Source of the DNA: Tubiluchus corallicola | Taxonomy: Eukaryota; Animalia; Priapulida | DNA length: 64,000 nt | Assembly (NCBI GenBank): GCA_030141605.1 | Contig: JAQGDQ010000002.1 | Location: forward strand, 2,542,001-2,606,000 | Direction of reading: 5' to 3' | Shown here: positions 25,490 to 37,509 of the stretch, piece by piece | How positions within the stretch are numbered: position 1 is the first letter of the stretch | Layout of the letters: each line of letters opens with the position of its first letter | The notes under the pieces: model-generated | Databases searched by the model: none | The model's input: only the letters and a program-made list of their open reading frames with translations | What the model was told of the DNA's origin: nothing | Position numbers and translations under genes: made by a program

Positions 25490-26364
25490 GGCAAACTATG
25501 TCCGACAATCACCAATAAAACAAAACACTGCGAGCGACAAAAGTCAGCAAAAGAAAGTTTATTTAATATTCGAGTCATGAACCTAGTCAAAACGGCTCGT
25601 GTTCCCCCAGAAGCACTTTCATTAATAAATAAAGCTGACTGAAAAAAATTAAGTGCACCATTTAAACAGAAAACATTTATCATACAGCATCAAAGTCAGA
25701 CAATTTTAGTGCGGTATGGTTGAGATGTACAGAAGTATTCCGGTGTTCTTGCACAAATATGTACGATAATTAATTAATTACAAAAACTATTACTGACTAC
25801 TGGGTGTAATGACAAAGTCAAGTCGTAATATCATTCAAAAAAACTAATAAGAGACCGAATTCACATAATATGTAAGAGTTCACGTTTGAGATATTCTAAT
25901 TTTGCAGAAAGGCTAAATGTGAAATGCTTGACCCGATTGGTCAGTTTCTTGGTTTGAAATAAACAAAATATTTTCGTATAGACTGAATAAACGTATATAA
26001 TAAATTAAGTGATCACCAAAATTATTACAGTTACTATGCAAAACTTATTAATAAAAACGTCAGCTGGGGTACACGTAAATTCGACATATAACAGAAATTT
26101 GAGAACTACAGTTCTGACAAACACAACTTGTAAGCAGAAGTAACACGACACAATAGATTGAAATTGCGTACAAGACTGGCTTCACGCTAGCACGGGCAGT
26201 GTAGCTGTCGGTATAATTTAGAACAAGCCGTTCAGCAGTTCAGACGTGGCTGCTCGCCCCGAAATAGATTCGCCAGATCTAAGGTTTCAATACAAACACC
26301 CACAGGTGGTTTTAAAAGGAGAAACGCGGCTTCAAGAGAAGGCTGAAACCGGTAGTCCCATTCA

Positions 26365-26372
26365 TGACGTCA
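26365..26372. promoter_or_regulatory. Palindromic CRE (TGACGTCA) upstream of the candidate internal CELF promoter
   Basis: Exact CREB/ATF consensus in a CpG-richer patch (26160-26400); function is inferred only. Confidence 0.35.
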
Positions 26373-26688
26373 ATTTCATTGCGCTGTTGGCACTGTGTTT
26401 GTTATTAGAGGACTTAATGATGTACAAGGACTAGTAACTCTATATGCCACCCGAAAAACTTGAAATCCAGACCTTATATTTTGTTTGTTAACTGTCACTA
26501 TATAGTAAGTCTGTTCAATTATAAGTATAGAAATGGCATTCACAGGTGGACACATAAACAGAATAGCTGCAAAGACACGAATTCCTAAATTATAACCTTA
26601 ATGTCAAAATTTATATTAATGATGGTACAAACCCGCAATTAATTAAATTTTAATACCAAACTGAAAGACAGGAAATATGAAAAGTTGT

Positions 26689-26760
26689 AATTCTGCTTGG
26701 ATTTGAACCACGGACCTTCAGCTTACAAGACTGACACCATAACCACCACTATAGTAGTCC
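26689..26760 (-). pseudogene. tRNA-Thr(UGU)-like pseudogene or tRNA-derived SINE head
   Basis: On the minus strand: anticodon arm TCAGT-CTTGTAA-GCTGA, variable loop AGGTC, T arm CGTGG-TTCAAAT-CCAAG with one mismatch. The acceptor stem does not pair. Confidence 0.55.
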
Positions 26761-27367
26761 AAAGTTAATCCCTTATAGCCAATCAACAAGTTTAGCATTT
26801 TCGAATCAAAATAAAAATCACCAAATTAGGTAGACACACTATAATGTGAGCGATTTAACATTAGAAATGCTGAAATGGTTGAACTGCCATAATCACTGAG
26901 CAAATATAACTGTGAACCAGCTGATGCTCAAGGTTGTAACTTGTAAGTCAATCACAATAATGTGAAAGAACTCTTCTGCTCATCTTCCCTTTTCTGACGA
27001 TTCTTGTTCCCTTTCTATTATTGTGCCCTAGCGACAGTTACTGTTTTAGGTATCCACTCATGGCCAATCTATTCGTTATGTCTCTAAGAAGTCATACTAA
27101 GCCACAGTGATATACTCAGATTTTCTTAATTTTTTATGACTTGCGATTCTCTGTTTTCTATGTGGTAAATTACTTATCTGGCATTAAAGCGTCAGTACAG
27201 CCCAGGTTGCCAATTGGTGATTATATTCCTATGCCATTTTTTGGTGCATGGCAAACATAGCATAGGTAAAAATGGCACAGGGGAAAAGGCATAAATGAAA
27301 AAATGACACGCTTGCAAAATATGAGCTTAGGGGTAGGATTACTACTGTGTGATATTATTCTTTTAGT

Positions 27368-27745
27368 TATTTTTACCTCTGCCAAGGAAATTATGCTACA
27401 ATGCTGTTTTGTTTGTTTCTTGTCTGTTATAGCAGTAAGCCTATTATGTAAAAACAATTTAACAAATTACCACGAAACTTTGTGGAGAAGATGGATAGGG
27501 GCAAGAAAGGTGCATTTTGAATTTCTGATGCAGATTCATGGACAGGGGGAGAAAGTGAAGACTGCCAAAATGGGCATTTTTTCGTCCGTTCTTTTTTCAC
27601 AAAACTTGATCAAACACCACGTACAAAAACATTCGTGAAAGCACTTTGTGGAGATCTCAGAGAGAGTGTTATAGCTCTTTGGAAAGAGAAGGACTTGGTT
27701 AGGCTACAATATCTAGTACTCCTTTTTTATTACCTCCACCAGGAC
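27368..27745 (+). mobile_element. Decayed non-autonomous element, Helentron/DINE-like
   Basis: Starts TTTTTACCTCTGCCAAGGAAATTATG followed by GTTTGTTT/GTCTGT microrepeats; a second TTATTACCTCCACCAGG start at ~27727. Resembles, from memory, a widespread metazoan MITE start. Confidence 0.35.
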
Positions 27746-29229
27746 AAACAACTATGAGTTAGTTCCCAGTTCCATTTCAAGAAATTCCCACTTGGAAAAC
27801 TAGGTAATGCTATCTATAACCTTTGCTCATACATGTGTATAGCCTAATTAGCTATCCTAATACGTAAATAAGTTCGTTTGTCAGTCTATTACCAAGGCCA
27901 AATGGTTAAAGAAATGTAGACAAACACTACAATGATTGTTCATACATTTACTGATTATAATTCTATTCAATTAACAAAATATTTTGTGAATATTTTGTTG
28001 TCTATATAATAGCAATACATGCATATTTTCGTATGTTTGCTTTTATGTATCTTTATTTTATGTTTTTCTCAATGATTGGAATCAGACAAATAAATTTAGG
28101 ATCGTTCTGCTTCCTACTGAGTGCATAGTAGTTTTGTTATTTATTAAAGAAATTATTCGCATCAAAATAACTTATGTACCATTTTAACTGTACCAGTTTT
28201 TTCTGTACAATTTTTACCTGCATTCCATTTTTTTACCCGAAACACAGAATATGGCGTGGCCTTTTCAGCTCTTCATAGCTTGTTAAATTAACTGCATAAA
28301 TTTGTCATCTAGGTATTAACTAAGCTCTAACTAGAACAAACATTAGCGCTCATTTCTGCAAGACTGGATATGTACAGTGATAAGATGAATTTAGCAAATC
28401 CTAATTCTACAAATACCCAAACGCACTCTAACTATGCACAGTTTTTGATATTTACACAGTGTAGCACAGCAGGCACTTCAGCAATCCACTTTCTGCACTT
28501 TAAAATGCACAGATTGTAAGTCATTGTACAGATTTTTCATTGTTTCAAAATTTTATGAAGTAGATAAGTTTGCATTTTTATATTCCAGTACAAATGCTCA
28601 GTCGGGATATTTCTGATTATTCTCCTCTTTTCACAAGGCCACCGTGCACAGACTTTTCATAATTATTTTTACTTAGCATATTAATGGAAACTTCACTTCA
28701 AAGCGACTACTTGAAGCAAATGGCAAAGGAAACAGACATTCAGCTGAAATGTTTTTAGTAGTCTGAACCTTGACTTTAAAATGCACAGCTGCTAGCCATG
28801 CGCACCTAGCTCAAAAATCCATTTTTGTATCTGTGATGTCCGCTTTAGAATTTCACAAACCTTTTCTGTATAACTCTGCTGATAGCCACCTGTTAGCTTT
28901 CCTTTATGCATAATTAGTAAGTAATATCATCTTGATTAGTAGTGGCTCCTAACTCTTTCTTAAATGGAAACTATCATGGCTGAGATCTTGAGGAGACTAT
29001 TATTGCATGAAGCAGGTTTGCTTAGTGGTCACTGTTTCGGGTTCGAATCCTATGGATGCCAACATCAGGCACACACCTTATGTGTTGAGCATTATTTAAT
29101 AATTGCGTATATATAGTTGCTACAATAATAGCTTATTAATTAATTAGTTTTTCTATATTATGCATTCATGTTTCTGACTGACTGCTTGCTGACTAGTGCA
29201 AGAAGTTAGACCACGTCTGACCATGTGCC

Positions 29230-29420
29230 AGATTGATCGCTCACATGGCCAGAGCAGCTTCACAACCACAAGGTTCTAGGTTCGGGTACTGGTTGACTTA
29301 CAATCACTCAAAGCCTTCCTCCTTATTTTGACTGATGAATAAGTAACCAATGGCAGATAATTGGTGTTGTCTTTACGAAAAGAAACAGCTACACACACAC
29401 ACACACGCACACACATATAT
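29230..29420 (+). mobile_element. Decayed tRNA-derived SINE
   Basis: A-box-like ATCGCTCACATGG, B-box-like GGTTCGGGTAC, body AGCCTTCCTCCTT...GATGAATAAGTAACC resembling a conserved metazoan SINE central domain, then a (CA)n tract. Another B-box (GGTTCGAATCC) occurs at 29040-29050. Confidence 0.45.
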
Positions 29421-31144
29421 ATTTCAGACAAATTAATGTAGCATACTTAACTTGGTAATGTTAGGGCTATGCTTAGTTGGAGACACAGAAAGCCAGTAGA
29501 TCCATAGGGTTTTACATTCATTTTGTCTCAATGTAGCTTAAAAAAGTCCAAGAAGCAGCATACCAGGGCCACACACAGTTTTGGAGCATACAGAGTCTCA
29601 ACATTGGGGCGGGGGGTATGTGAACCTCAACAAAATTTAAATAAAGTAACTACGTTATACAACAGGATACAATTTAAATGGCATCCCATTGCAAAAAGCA
29701 ATACAAAATGCACAAAATGTCGATACAATTCATCTATACAGTGCAAAACAGCAATACACCACGTATGCGAAGTTCAAGGAGAAAGTTCAATAATTGGAAT
29801 CGTCAGACTGACAATAAAAATAGTTCTGTATTGGTTTACCCTGCCTAATCGTCAAGGTAAACTTTTTAACATGCATTCAGCTGGGAATTTTATAATTTCA
29901 TAAATTTTTGCAATACCATTGCTTTTCTGAGGGCCCAGCCAAGTTTGTACATGGTTGCAAATTTATAAAGCAAAGTCTGCACCAGGAATGGCAGAAAAAG
30001 CATTTTGGCTGCAATTTAAAATCATGTTCAGTGTATTGGACTCAGCAGTTTTAGTGGGTTTACTTCAAATATTTAATATATCATCTTTATTCTAGTTCAA
30101 ATTTGCTCTTGGCTAAAACTGCTGTTAAATAAAGCACAAGTAATAATCAAAATCAATCTTTGTACAGCAATGTGAGCACATTGAAACACACCCGTTAAAC
30201 TATTCTAAAATTAATGTCTTAAATCTCACAAATGTATTACAATAAAAGGGACATAAATTAAAAATTCAGGTACATTATATTAAATTAATACTTAATCACG
30301 ATAAGGCAAAAATACATAAAACATTCATATTCATTCTAACTCTCCATCATCTACCTGAAAGATGGTATCAATGAAGAAAAAAACTGTTGCACATGATTCA
30401 GGCCTAGTCTGGCCAAAGTGGCTATTTGAACCCAGATGTGCAACATAAGGCACATTTTCCTCAACTGAATTGAAGCCAATTTTTATGTTCTGCGCCACCG
30501 AACCGAAGCTTAACCAAATCGTGCTACCGAACCAAATTCTGAATAAAATATCAAGTCAAACTGGAAGACTAAAAACCAAATGCAAACTGATTTGTATTTT
30601 CTTGTAAATCCAACTGAAAAGCATTATAGACTATGTAATGTTTTATCAATTTAAGTTAGTGGTGACTGGTGGCGTGTGTAAAATTGTTCTGTGTTTTTTA
30701 TTTAATGGTTATGTAGTAAACTATTAAGTATTTTAATAGTATCCCAAATCTTTCAAAAGCTGTTCAAACTATTTCGTACAATCAATAAAAACAGTAATTA
30801 AGCAAAACTGCAATGGTATGATTGTTTACTAGCTCCACTTCAATTTACTGATGTATTGCGTCGTGTGTAATACAGCACTGCCAAGATATTGCACATTACA
30901 CAGCTTGTGTACTGATGGTGCATCACATTCTACGAGTTATCATACAGAAACAGACAACAAATAAACAGCCGGCTGTTATGCAGTGTTAGCCGTTTACTAT
31001 CAGCTTTTTTTGGATAACTTCTAGTAAACATTATAGGGAAATATTCAGGTTGTTTAATATAATTTTCACTAAATCTGATAATAATTAAAAAAAGAATTCG
31101 GCACGCCGAACCTTGTAGTGATTGCAACCAAGGTTTACCGGATT

Positions 31145-31550
31145 GTTTACTTGCGTGCTTACTTGCTGCCCCCACCAGGTGGAGGCAGGCCAGCACAGGT
31201 AGCATCACAAACCATCACACACCACTACTTCCTGTCCTCGCAGTATGATGGCAGCTCTGTGAGATCATCGGAAACTTGGTGGTAGAGGTCGAGCCCAAGA
31301 GGAGACACAATATCGCGCTTGATTTGATGCTAGAAATGCTTCTGCTGACCTCCTCTGCGGCACTTCCACATGCCGCGGCATGCCGCCGCCTCGAACATGG
31401 AGGTGAACGGTAGGCGGTAGCGGGACATTCGTCTGACGTGCTCCAGATATTCCAGACGGCGACGTTTGATGTGGTCTGCCAATGTGCCGGTGAGACCCGT
31501 ACGCCTGTAGACCTCGATGTTCGTGATACCTGAGTACCCATGCATTGTTT
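31145..31550 (-). mobile_element. RTE-clade LINE 3' fragment
   Basis: ORF 31330-31545 ITNIEVYRRTG..LADHIKRRRLEYLEHVRRM..RLP...KCRRGGQQK matches the RTE ORF C-terminus pattern; short CAAGTAA repeat tail at ~31145-31165; high GC. Confidence 0.75.
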
Positions 31551-31551
31551 G

Positions 31552-32045
31552 GTAACCTCAAATTTAAAAAATTGGAAAGAACTCAACTGAGATGTATTAA
31601 TCTGGCCTCTGATATTCAACGAGACTCTGTATCTTCTCGTGAGCAATGCCGTGATACTGTAGATCTTCTTATCTGTTATAAACTCATCACTCATCAGTGG
31701 TGATTCGATTTTACGTAATGACAAGTTTCTTCTATGCCAATTTTTTTCGGCGCATTTGTAGTGGTGATTCGATTTTACGTAATGACAAGTTTCTTCTATC
31801 CCAATTTTTTTTTGGCGCATTTGGTAGGTGGTTCTCCTCACACCCTACTACCTTCCTATATCAGTCCCACTGCCAACGCTCTACCTCCTTCCCACTCCAA
31901 ACCTCCCCTCACTCTCCCACTCCATCACCAAGAATGCCATCATCAAGGTGCCAAGCTGCCCAACCCAACCTGCCACACCACAAACTCGTCAAAACTAATT
32001 GATCGACATACTGACGAGCCTAGCTAGCTAACTAACTAACTAATA
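31552..32045 (+). mobile_element. CR1-like LINE 3' fragment with (CTAA)n tail
   Basis: A plus frame reads KLERTQLRC...REQCRDTVDLLICYKLI, like the CR1 LERVQRRA...LEERR..DLI..YKI motif. Internal ~64-bp tandem duplication at 31696-31826; ends CTAACTAACTAACTAA at ~32028-32043. Confidence 0.55.
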
Positions 32046-33067
32046 AAATATTCATACAGTCACCTTTTTTGTATGGTATGAAGCCTCAAATTATCGTGTG
32101 TTCCAATATTAATTATTTTATTGTATAAACTGCAACCAATTATTATTATTGTTGGTTGCGCTGCATTTTGAAAGAGAAACAAAAGTTACAAAGTTACAAC
32201 AACGTCGGTACAGTACACCACTTACTAGCACACACAGATGCTGCAAAATGGTGCACGTTGAGAAAATTCGCCCAAAACTCTTTTTAACTTTTCAGTAAGT
32301 TTACAATTGGTTCTTTTTTGTGAAGCGTTGTGAACAGATTTACTAGGCTGTGGCACACAGTAATAGATAAAAAATATCGCTCTCTGCTAACTCCCAAATG
32401 AAAATATTCATCAAATCAGTCAATCTTAATCTGTCTCACGATGCTAACAGTAACTTTTTTAAAATTATTTTTTATAAATAGAAGGTATGTTTCAACTTTT
32501 CTTTACATCAGTGCGCAGATAAAGGATGCATCTGTCTACTGTAGCTCTGCTTTCAGCGATATTTCTGATTTAGGCAATGTGAGAGTGTCTTCAAAAAGAA
32601 CCACCTAAACTGCCAATCTACCCTTTTTCTTCTCGATTTGCGGTCCTTCTGAATTCACTGAATAGTGAAACCACTTTGTAATAATATAATATGTGTGATG
32701 CAACACCATAGTATTTTTTGTGCTGCTTATTTCATAGCTAACAAATGTCTTTGCATCTATGGATGCTATCACTACCATTCATCACTTTGCATACAGAAAA
32801 AAATCCACACCTTTATACAAAATGTAACTGCTTAACTGTGCCTTCTAGGTTATGCATGCTTTCATTTAACACTATATAATTATAATAACTACTAAACACT
32901 TCTACATTCTAGCAATGGTCTCTTTTCATTTACACTTATTAACTTTTACTGTTTACCTACCATTTCAACACACATACATGTGCCAACAAGTAAATTGTTA
33001 CGATTTACAAGTAACAATCATGAAAACGATACCGGTAGTTTCCTGATGGTGAATTAAGATAACTTAC

Positions 33068-33240
33068 CCGTGTTGAAAAGATGATGAACTGACAATACGA
33101 AACAAACACGACAACTCAACACACAGACTTGGTGTCGAACGTAAATTTTACATCAAGTCTAACAACCTCTTAACAATTAAAACGCAAACATTTGCACCTA
33201 ACGAACACAGAAAAACACGAACCACCGACAAAAATTAATT
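33068..33240 (-). other. Candidate non-coding first exon of CELF, divergent from GDAP1
   Basis: Strong donor CGG|GTAAGT at 33067 after a CpG-rich, GU-rich segment; the CELF ATG exon has an acceptor at 22634-22635. The 5' boundary is approximate. Confidence 0.55.
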
Positions 33241-33532
33241 TTGATCACCACTATGCACTACGCATTAAACCGTATTAAACGACTGCAGCGACACTTTGGT
33301 CAGCGTAGGCGTGACTATCTCAAAGCAACTAACCGAACGACGTTCGCTAATCTAGCTTAAAATTATTGTTTTATTTTTTATTACCATTTTTCTGTGTTAC
33401 TAGAGATCGTAGAAATAAAAACTAAAAGCGCGATTGAAGTTTTCCTACCATTGCCTGTTTTATTAACAAAATAGCGATGGTTTTTACATTATTGCGTCTG
33501 TTGTGTCATTACTCGCTTCAGTCACGTGTAAA
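33240..33532. promoter_or_regulatory. Putative bidirectional promoter (CELF / GDAP1)
   Basis: About 300-bp CpG-richer interval between divergent units; CACGTG E-box at 33523-33528. Confidence 0.45.
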
Positions 33533-34498
33533 ATGGCAGCTTACGGAAAGTCAGCTTTAACGAGAGGAAAACCCGTAAATTCACTTTGTTTGTTTTACCA
33601 TCCAGTATCTTACTACTCTCAAATAGCAAGGTTTGCTTTGGAAGAGAAACATCTGTTCTATAAATCCATTTTGGTCAATACGGGCGAAGGGGTTTTGCAA
33701 CCTTGGTTCCTTGCCTTGAATCCAAAAGGTGAAGTGCCAGTTTTGCGAGATGGTGTTAAAGTTATCCCAGATTCAAAGGCAATTATAGATTACCTGGAGG
33801 ACAACTTTAGCAACGGTGATACGCCAAGATTGTATCCTGAAAAGGGTAGTGATACTGAAAAGTTAGTATTTCACTTTCGTGACATAATTTCCTCATTTCC
33901 AATTGAAATAATGACATTTGGAATTATTATCTCCTTTCCGGACTTGGCGCATGGAACCTGCAAACTTCCAGCATTTTATAGACGGTCAGCAAAAGGTAGA
34001 CTTGATTCAAAGAAAAATAAGTTGGTGTCCCTTCGGGAACAACACCCTGAACTAAAAACTGCCTTTGAAGCGAAGCTGGATAAGATTACGAAGTCCATTG
34101 AACAATTTACCAATAGGGATACGGTACTTCAATCACTTGATAACCTGGGTATTATCTTAGATGAAGTAGAAAAGCAGCTTTCATCTAATGTAGGTCAGAA
34201 GGCTAATTGGTGGTTATGCTGTGAAAAACTTACTATAGCAGACATATATCTTGCTGTTCTTTTGGAGCGTCTCGATGTACTTGGACTATCTGATCAATTA
34301 TGGGAATCGAGAAATCGTCCACATGTAGTGGCTTATCGCAGTAAAATGCTTAAGCGACCTTCATTTCTGAAGATTAAGCCTTCCTATGATATGTGGAATT
34401 TAGTATTTGGGAACTGGTGTAAAAAAACTGCTCCTGTATTGGGTGTGTTGTTAGCAATTGGTGTAGCGATTGTTATCTATAAAAAATGGAAGCACTAA
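33533..34498 (+). CDS. GDAP1: Ganglioside-induced differentiation-associated protein 1 (GST-like tail-anchored mitochondrial outer membrane protein), 321 aa, intronless CDS
   Basis: AAA-ATG-G start at 33533. GST-N motifs LFYHPVSYYSQIARFALEEK...PWFLALNPKGEVPVL...IPDSKAIIDYLE, long alpha-loop, GST-C WLCCEKLTIADIYLAVLLERLDVLGL...KRPSF, and a C-terminal TM segment VLGVLLAIGVAIVIY followed by basic KKWKH. Confidence 0.93.
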   Translation: MAAYGKSALTRGKPVNSLCLFYHPVSYYSQIARFALEEKHLFYKSILVNTGEGVLQPWFLALNPKGEVPVLRDGVKVIPDSKAIIDYLEDNFSNGDTPRLYPEKGSDTEKLVFHFRDIISSFPIEIMTFGIIISFPDLAHGTCKLPAFYRRSAKGRLDSKKNKLVSLREQHPELKTAFEAKLDKITKSIEQFTNRDTVLQSLDNLGIILDEVEKQLSSNVGQKANWWLCCEKLTIADIYLAVLLERLDVLGLSDQLWESRNRPHVVAYRSKMLKRPSFLKIKPSYDMWNLVFGNWCKKTAPVLGVLLAIGVAIVIYKKWKH

Positions 34499-36716
34499 AT
34501 TTCATATATTTGCATTTTCACTGGCTAGTTCCTTATAGGACACAGGCTGTAATGAAAACATGTAATGCCCATGTCTACATGCACTGCACAATTTTCATTA
34601 GTGGTTTTTGAGGTACAGTGCATTATGTACAGTAGAGGCACACATTCATTGTGCTTCTGCCACCCCTATTCTGGTGTGGTAAATTAAACTACGCATTTCA
34701 AATATATTATAAGTTACACCATACACATTTGTTCTAAATTGAGTCCTAACAATTTTTTCCCAAGAGCTTTTGTACTAGATTAAAGATCTAATGAACTAAA
34801 TAGCAGTAAAGTGACCAGCATAATAAATTGTAGTTTTTGCCATTAATCTGAAAGCATAATAATTTTAGGATACATTTTCACATGGGCTTTGCCATTAATT
34901 TTTTATACAAATTGGCAAAATTGTGAGAGGTATTCTTGTATTTTGTCGGAGTTATATGCATAGTGCTTGTTATAATATCTTTAAAAGTGGTCATAAAACC
35001 AAGACCTTTTTATTGCTGCTATTGAGATTTACATATCTGTAGCATATGTAAAATGAGTGAAATATAAGCCTACCATTTCTTAGTCTGAAATTATTCAGCA
35101 GTAGTCTACATTCTACTTTTGTTTCTTAGCTTCTTCTATCATATTCTTTTCTATCAGATAGCCTTGACTAAAACTATCACTACAGCACTTTTCCTATATA
35201 GAATATTGAAACAAAGTGTTTTCACTTTTTATTTTTTCTTCTTTGGAAATAAATTAGCAAAACATTTGTGTAAGACTTCAGAACTAGATAGATAGATTAG
35301 ATAGGTAAGTACAACTGTTATACTTGTAGCTTTGTAAATGTCGAAATTGCTTAAGACAAGACAAGACTATTTTTTCATTGTTAAATGACAAATCTAAGTG
35401 TACTAACTTTAAGTATATTGTGAGTGATGCTTTGCAAAATTATTTAATATGGAGATTTAGGCTGAATAACGAAAAGAAGCTTGAATTGTGATTTCTAAAG
35501 ATTTTTTATATAATTATTGAATTGTGTTTAGACAACAACATTATACATATTATTATTATAAATTATTTTTATATGAGTAATTATGCATATATGCATTATG
35601 AGTTATTGGATTTGCTGTTATACATATTAATTGTAATTATGTCTACCCCTCTGCTAGTTTCAGATAGTTCCTAAAATTAGATGTAGTGTAGAATCTACAA
35701 GGGCTTGAGCTTGATACTTTCCTGCTATAGTACCTATCTTAAGTATTTAATCTCCATTTTGTATAATTTGCTGTAAATATAAAAACATAATTAAAAATAC
35801 AGATTTGTTTCACCCAAAAAATGAGTTTTGATCAATGATCACCATTTTAAAAAATTGTATTTTTTAGGAACTTCCACTACCAGCAGAAGTCTTGTCTTGC
35901 CGTGTATTAAAAATTATTTAATTAGCTATAGAAGTGGATTTGGATGTAATTATAGTGTAATATTAATTTTGCATTGAAAATAAAATAAAGAAAACTAGGT
36001 ATGTAAGGGTGTTCATAATCACGGTTGCCACAATCCCTACCCCGAACATTTCTGAACATCGCGTCCTGTCCCGAATGGCATTCCTGAGCCTTTCAACCCG
36101 TCTCGACCCCCGATTCCAACCTCGAAGTTTAAAAGTTTATAATAATTGAAGAAACTTACTTCGAGGTTTGCCGAAAGAAATGAGCCCTTTACCAGGTTAT
36201 TCATTATTAGTTTAAATTTTGTGATAAAATATTTTTATTGCTATTTTATTAATTATAACTGATGGCACGATTGCTAAGGTTCTGTTATTTTTTAAAACAT
36301 GTTATAGATAGTTCAAAGTAAATACATGATATACTGTATTGTGGCACTTACAGAGAAACTGCCTTCAGCCATCTTCATGTGAATGGAACTAATTTATTCT
36401 GGTGGCCAAGGTGGGCGTAATTTGCCAAAAATGTTGATATAATAATATGGAACATTGCTGCTATTTATAAATTTACATCTAAAACCATATTAATACAGTT
36501 TTTTCTACATATAGTACATAAAATATACCATATTATTTTTCAAATGCAGGTTTCTGACTTCTGCCACTGCAAGACTGTAAGTAAAATGGCTTATTCAGTG
36601 AATTGTTTATGAAGCAACAGTGTTTGAAACTTAATTTGTGAACATCTTAAACTTTTAAAGTATCTTCCCTATCAAAAACCCTCGCGAACAACTAATGTTT
36701 CTTAGTAAGTAATAAC

Positions 36717-37509
36717 TAGGGTTGAGCATTCTCTACCAGAAAGCGAATTCGAATTGAATTTGTGACTTTTGAATTCGAAATGAACCGAATTTCAGTATTT
36801 CGAATTCGAACGCTGTTTGAAAGATTTTCGAACAAATTTTCCAACCACCAGTAAAAAGTGGTCTTACAGAAGTTCGGTATTATTCGATTTTTGTTGTGAT
36901 TCTTTCTCTCAGAAGGCTCATAGAGAAAACCAGAAAACGCGTTGTCAAATTAAACAGCTTTATTGTGTGAGAATTCTACAAAACAAAGTGTGAAAGAATG
37001 TAAAATATATGCAGTTAAGTGATAGGAAAATAGCATACGGTAATCTGAGATTAATGTGAGACCACGAGAATGTGAGAACAAACTTATGCGGCCAGCTCCG
37101 CCTTATATATCAGTGCAAATGGACAACACCAGAACAATCTAGAAACTACTATGCGCATCACATATAGAAAGTTCTAGAAACTATTATGCGCATCGCATAT
37201 AGAAAGTTCTAGAAACTGCTATAAGAAATTACTACCTGCTTCTATATGGTAGGAAGATTGGTTTTACTATACCATAGAACATTCTAGATCTTCACAACAA
37301 TTTTGTTCTGCAGTAAAATCACTAATGGTTTATTTAAAAGTTGTACACAGGAATCACAGCTAAATTGTGCTAATTGCTTGAAGTTTCAAATGTTTAAATG
37401 ATAAGGCATATGCGTGGCTGAAATGCTGAATTTTTTGCAGAATTTGTAATTTTAGGTTGGAATCGAATTCGAAGTAAAAAAAAACTTGAACATTCGATGC
37501 TCACTCCTA
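36717..37509. mobile_element. hAT-type MITE interrupted by a solo LTR
   Basis: TIRs TAGGGTTGAGCAT / ATGCTCACTCCTA; 8-bp TSD GTAATAAC / ATAATAAC (7/8); subterminal CGAATTCGAA repeats. Confidence 0.75.
36892..37299 (-). mobile_element. Solo LTR (type 1), 408 bp
   Basis: TGTTGTGA...TCACAACA inverted termini; perfect 5-bp TSD ATTTT (36887-36891 and 37300-37304). Minus-strand TATA (~37104-37110) and AATAAA (~36959-36964); ~34-bp tandem repeats in U3 (37138-37222). Homologous to 42322-42542. Confidence 0.88.

Noticed and set aside
25336-25683. 115-aa minus-strand ORF as a separate gene
   Set aside because: No homology cues; it overlaps the candidate CELF first exon in another frame and runs through its donor.
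31215-31841. 208-aa minus-strand ORF as a novel protein
   Set aside because: Spans the RTE/CR1 junction and a tandem duplication in non-coding frames; explained by GC-rich repeat sequence.
33503-33532. GTG-initiated N-terminal extension of GDAP1
   Set aside because: ORF-caller artefact; the first ATG at 33533 has good Kozak context.
37138-37222. Regularly spaced ~34-bp repeats resembling a CRISPR array
   Set aside because: No unique spacers; these are tandem repeats within an LTR U3 in a eukaryotic genome.
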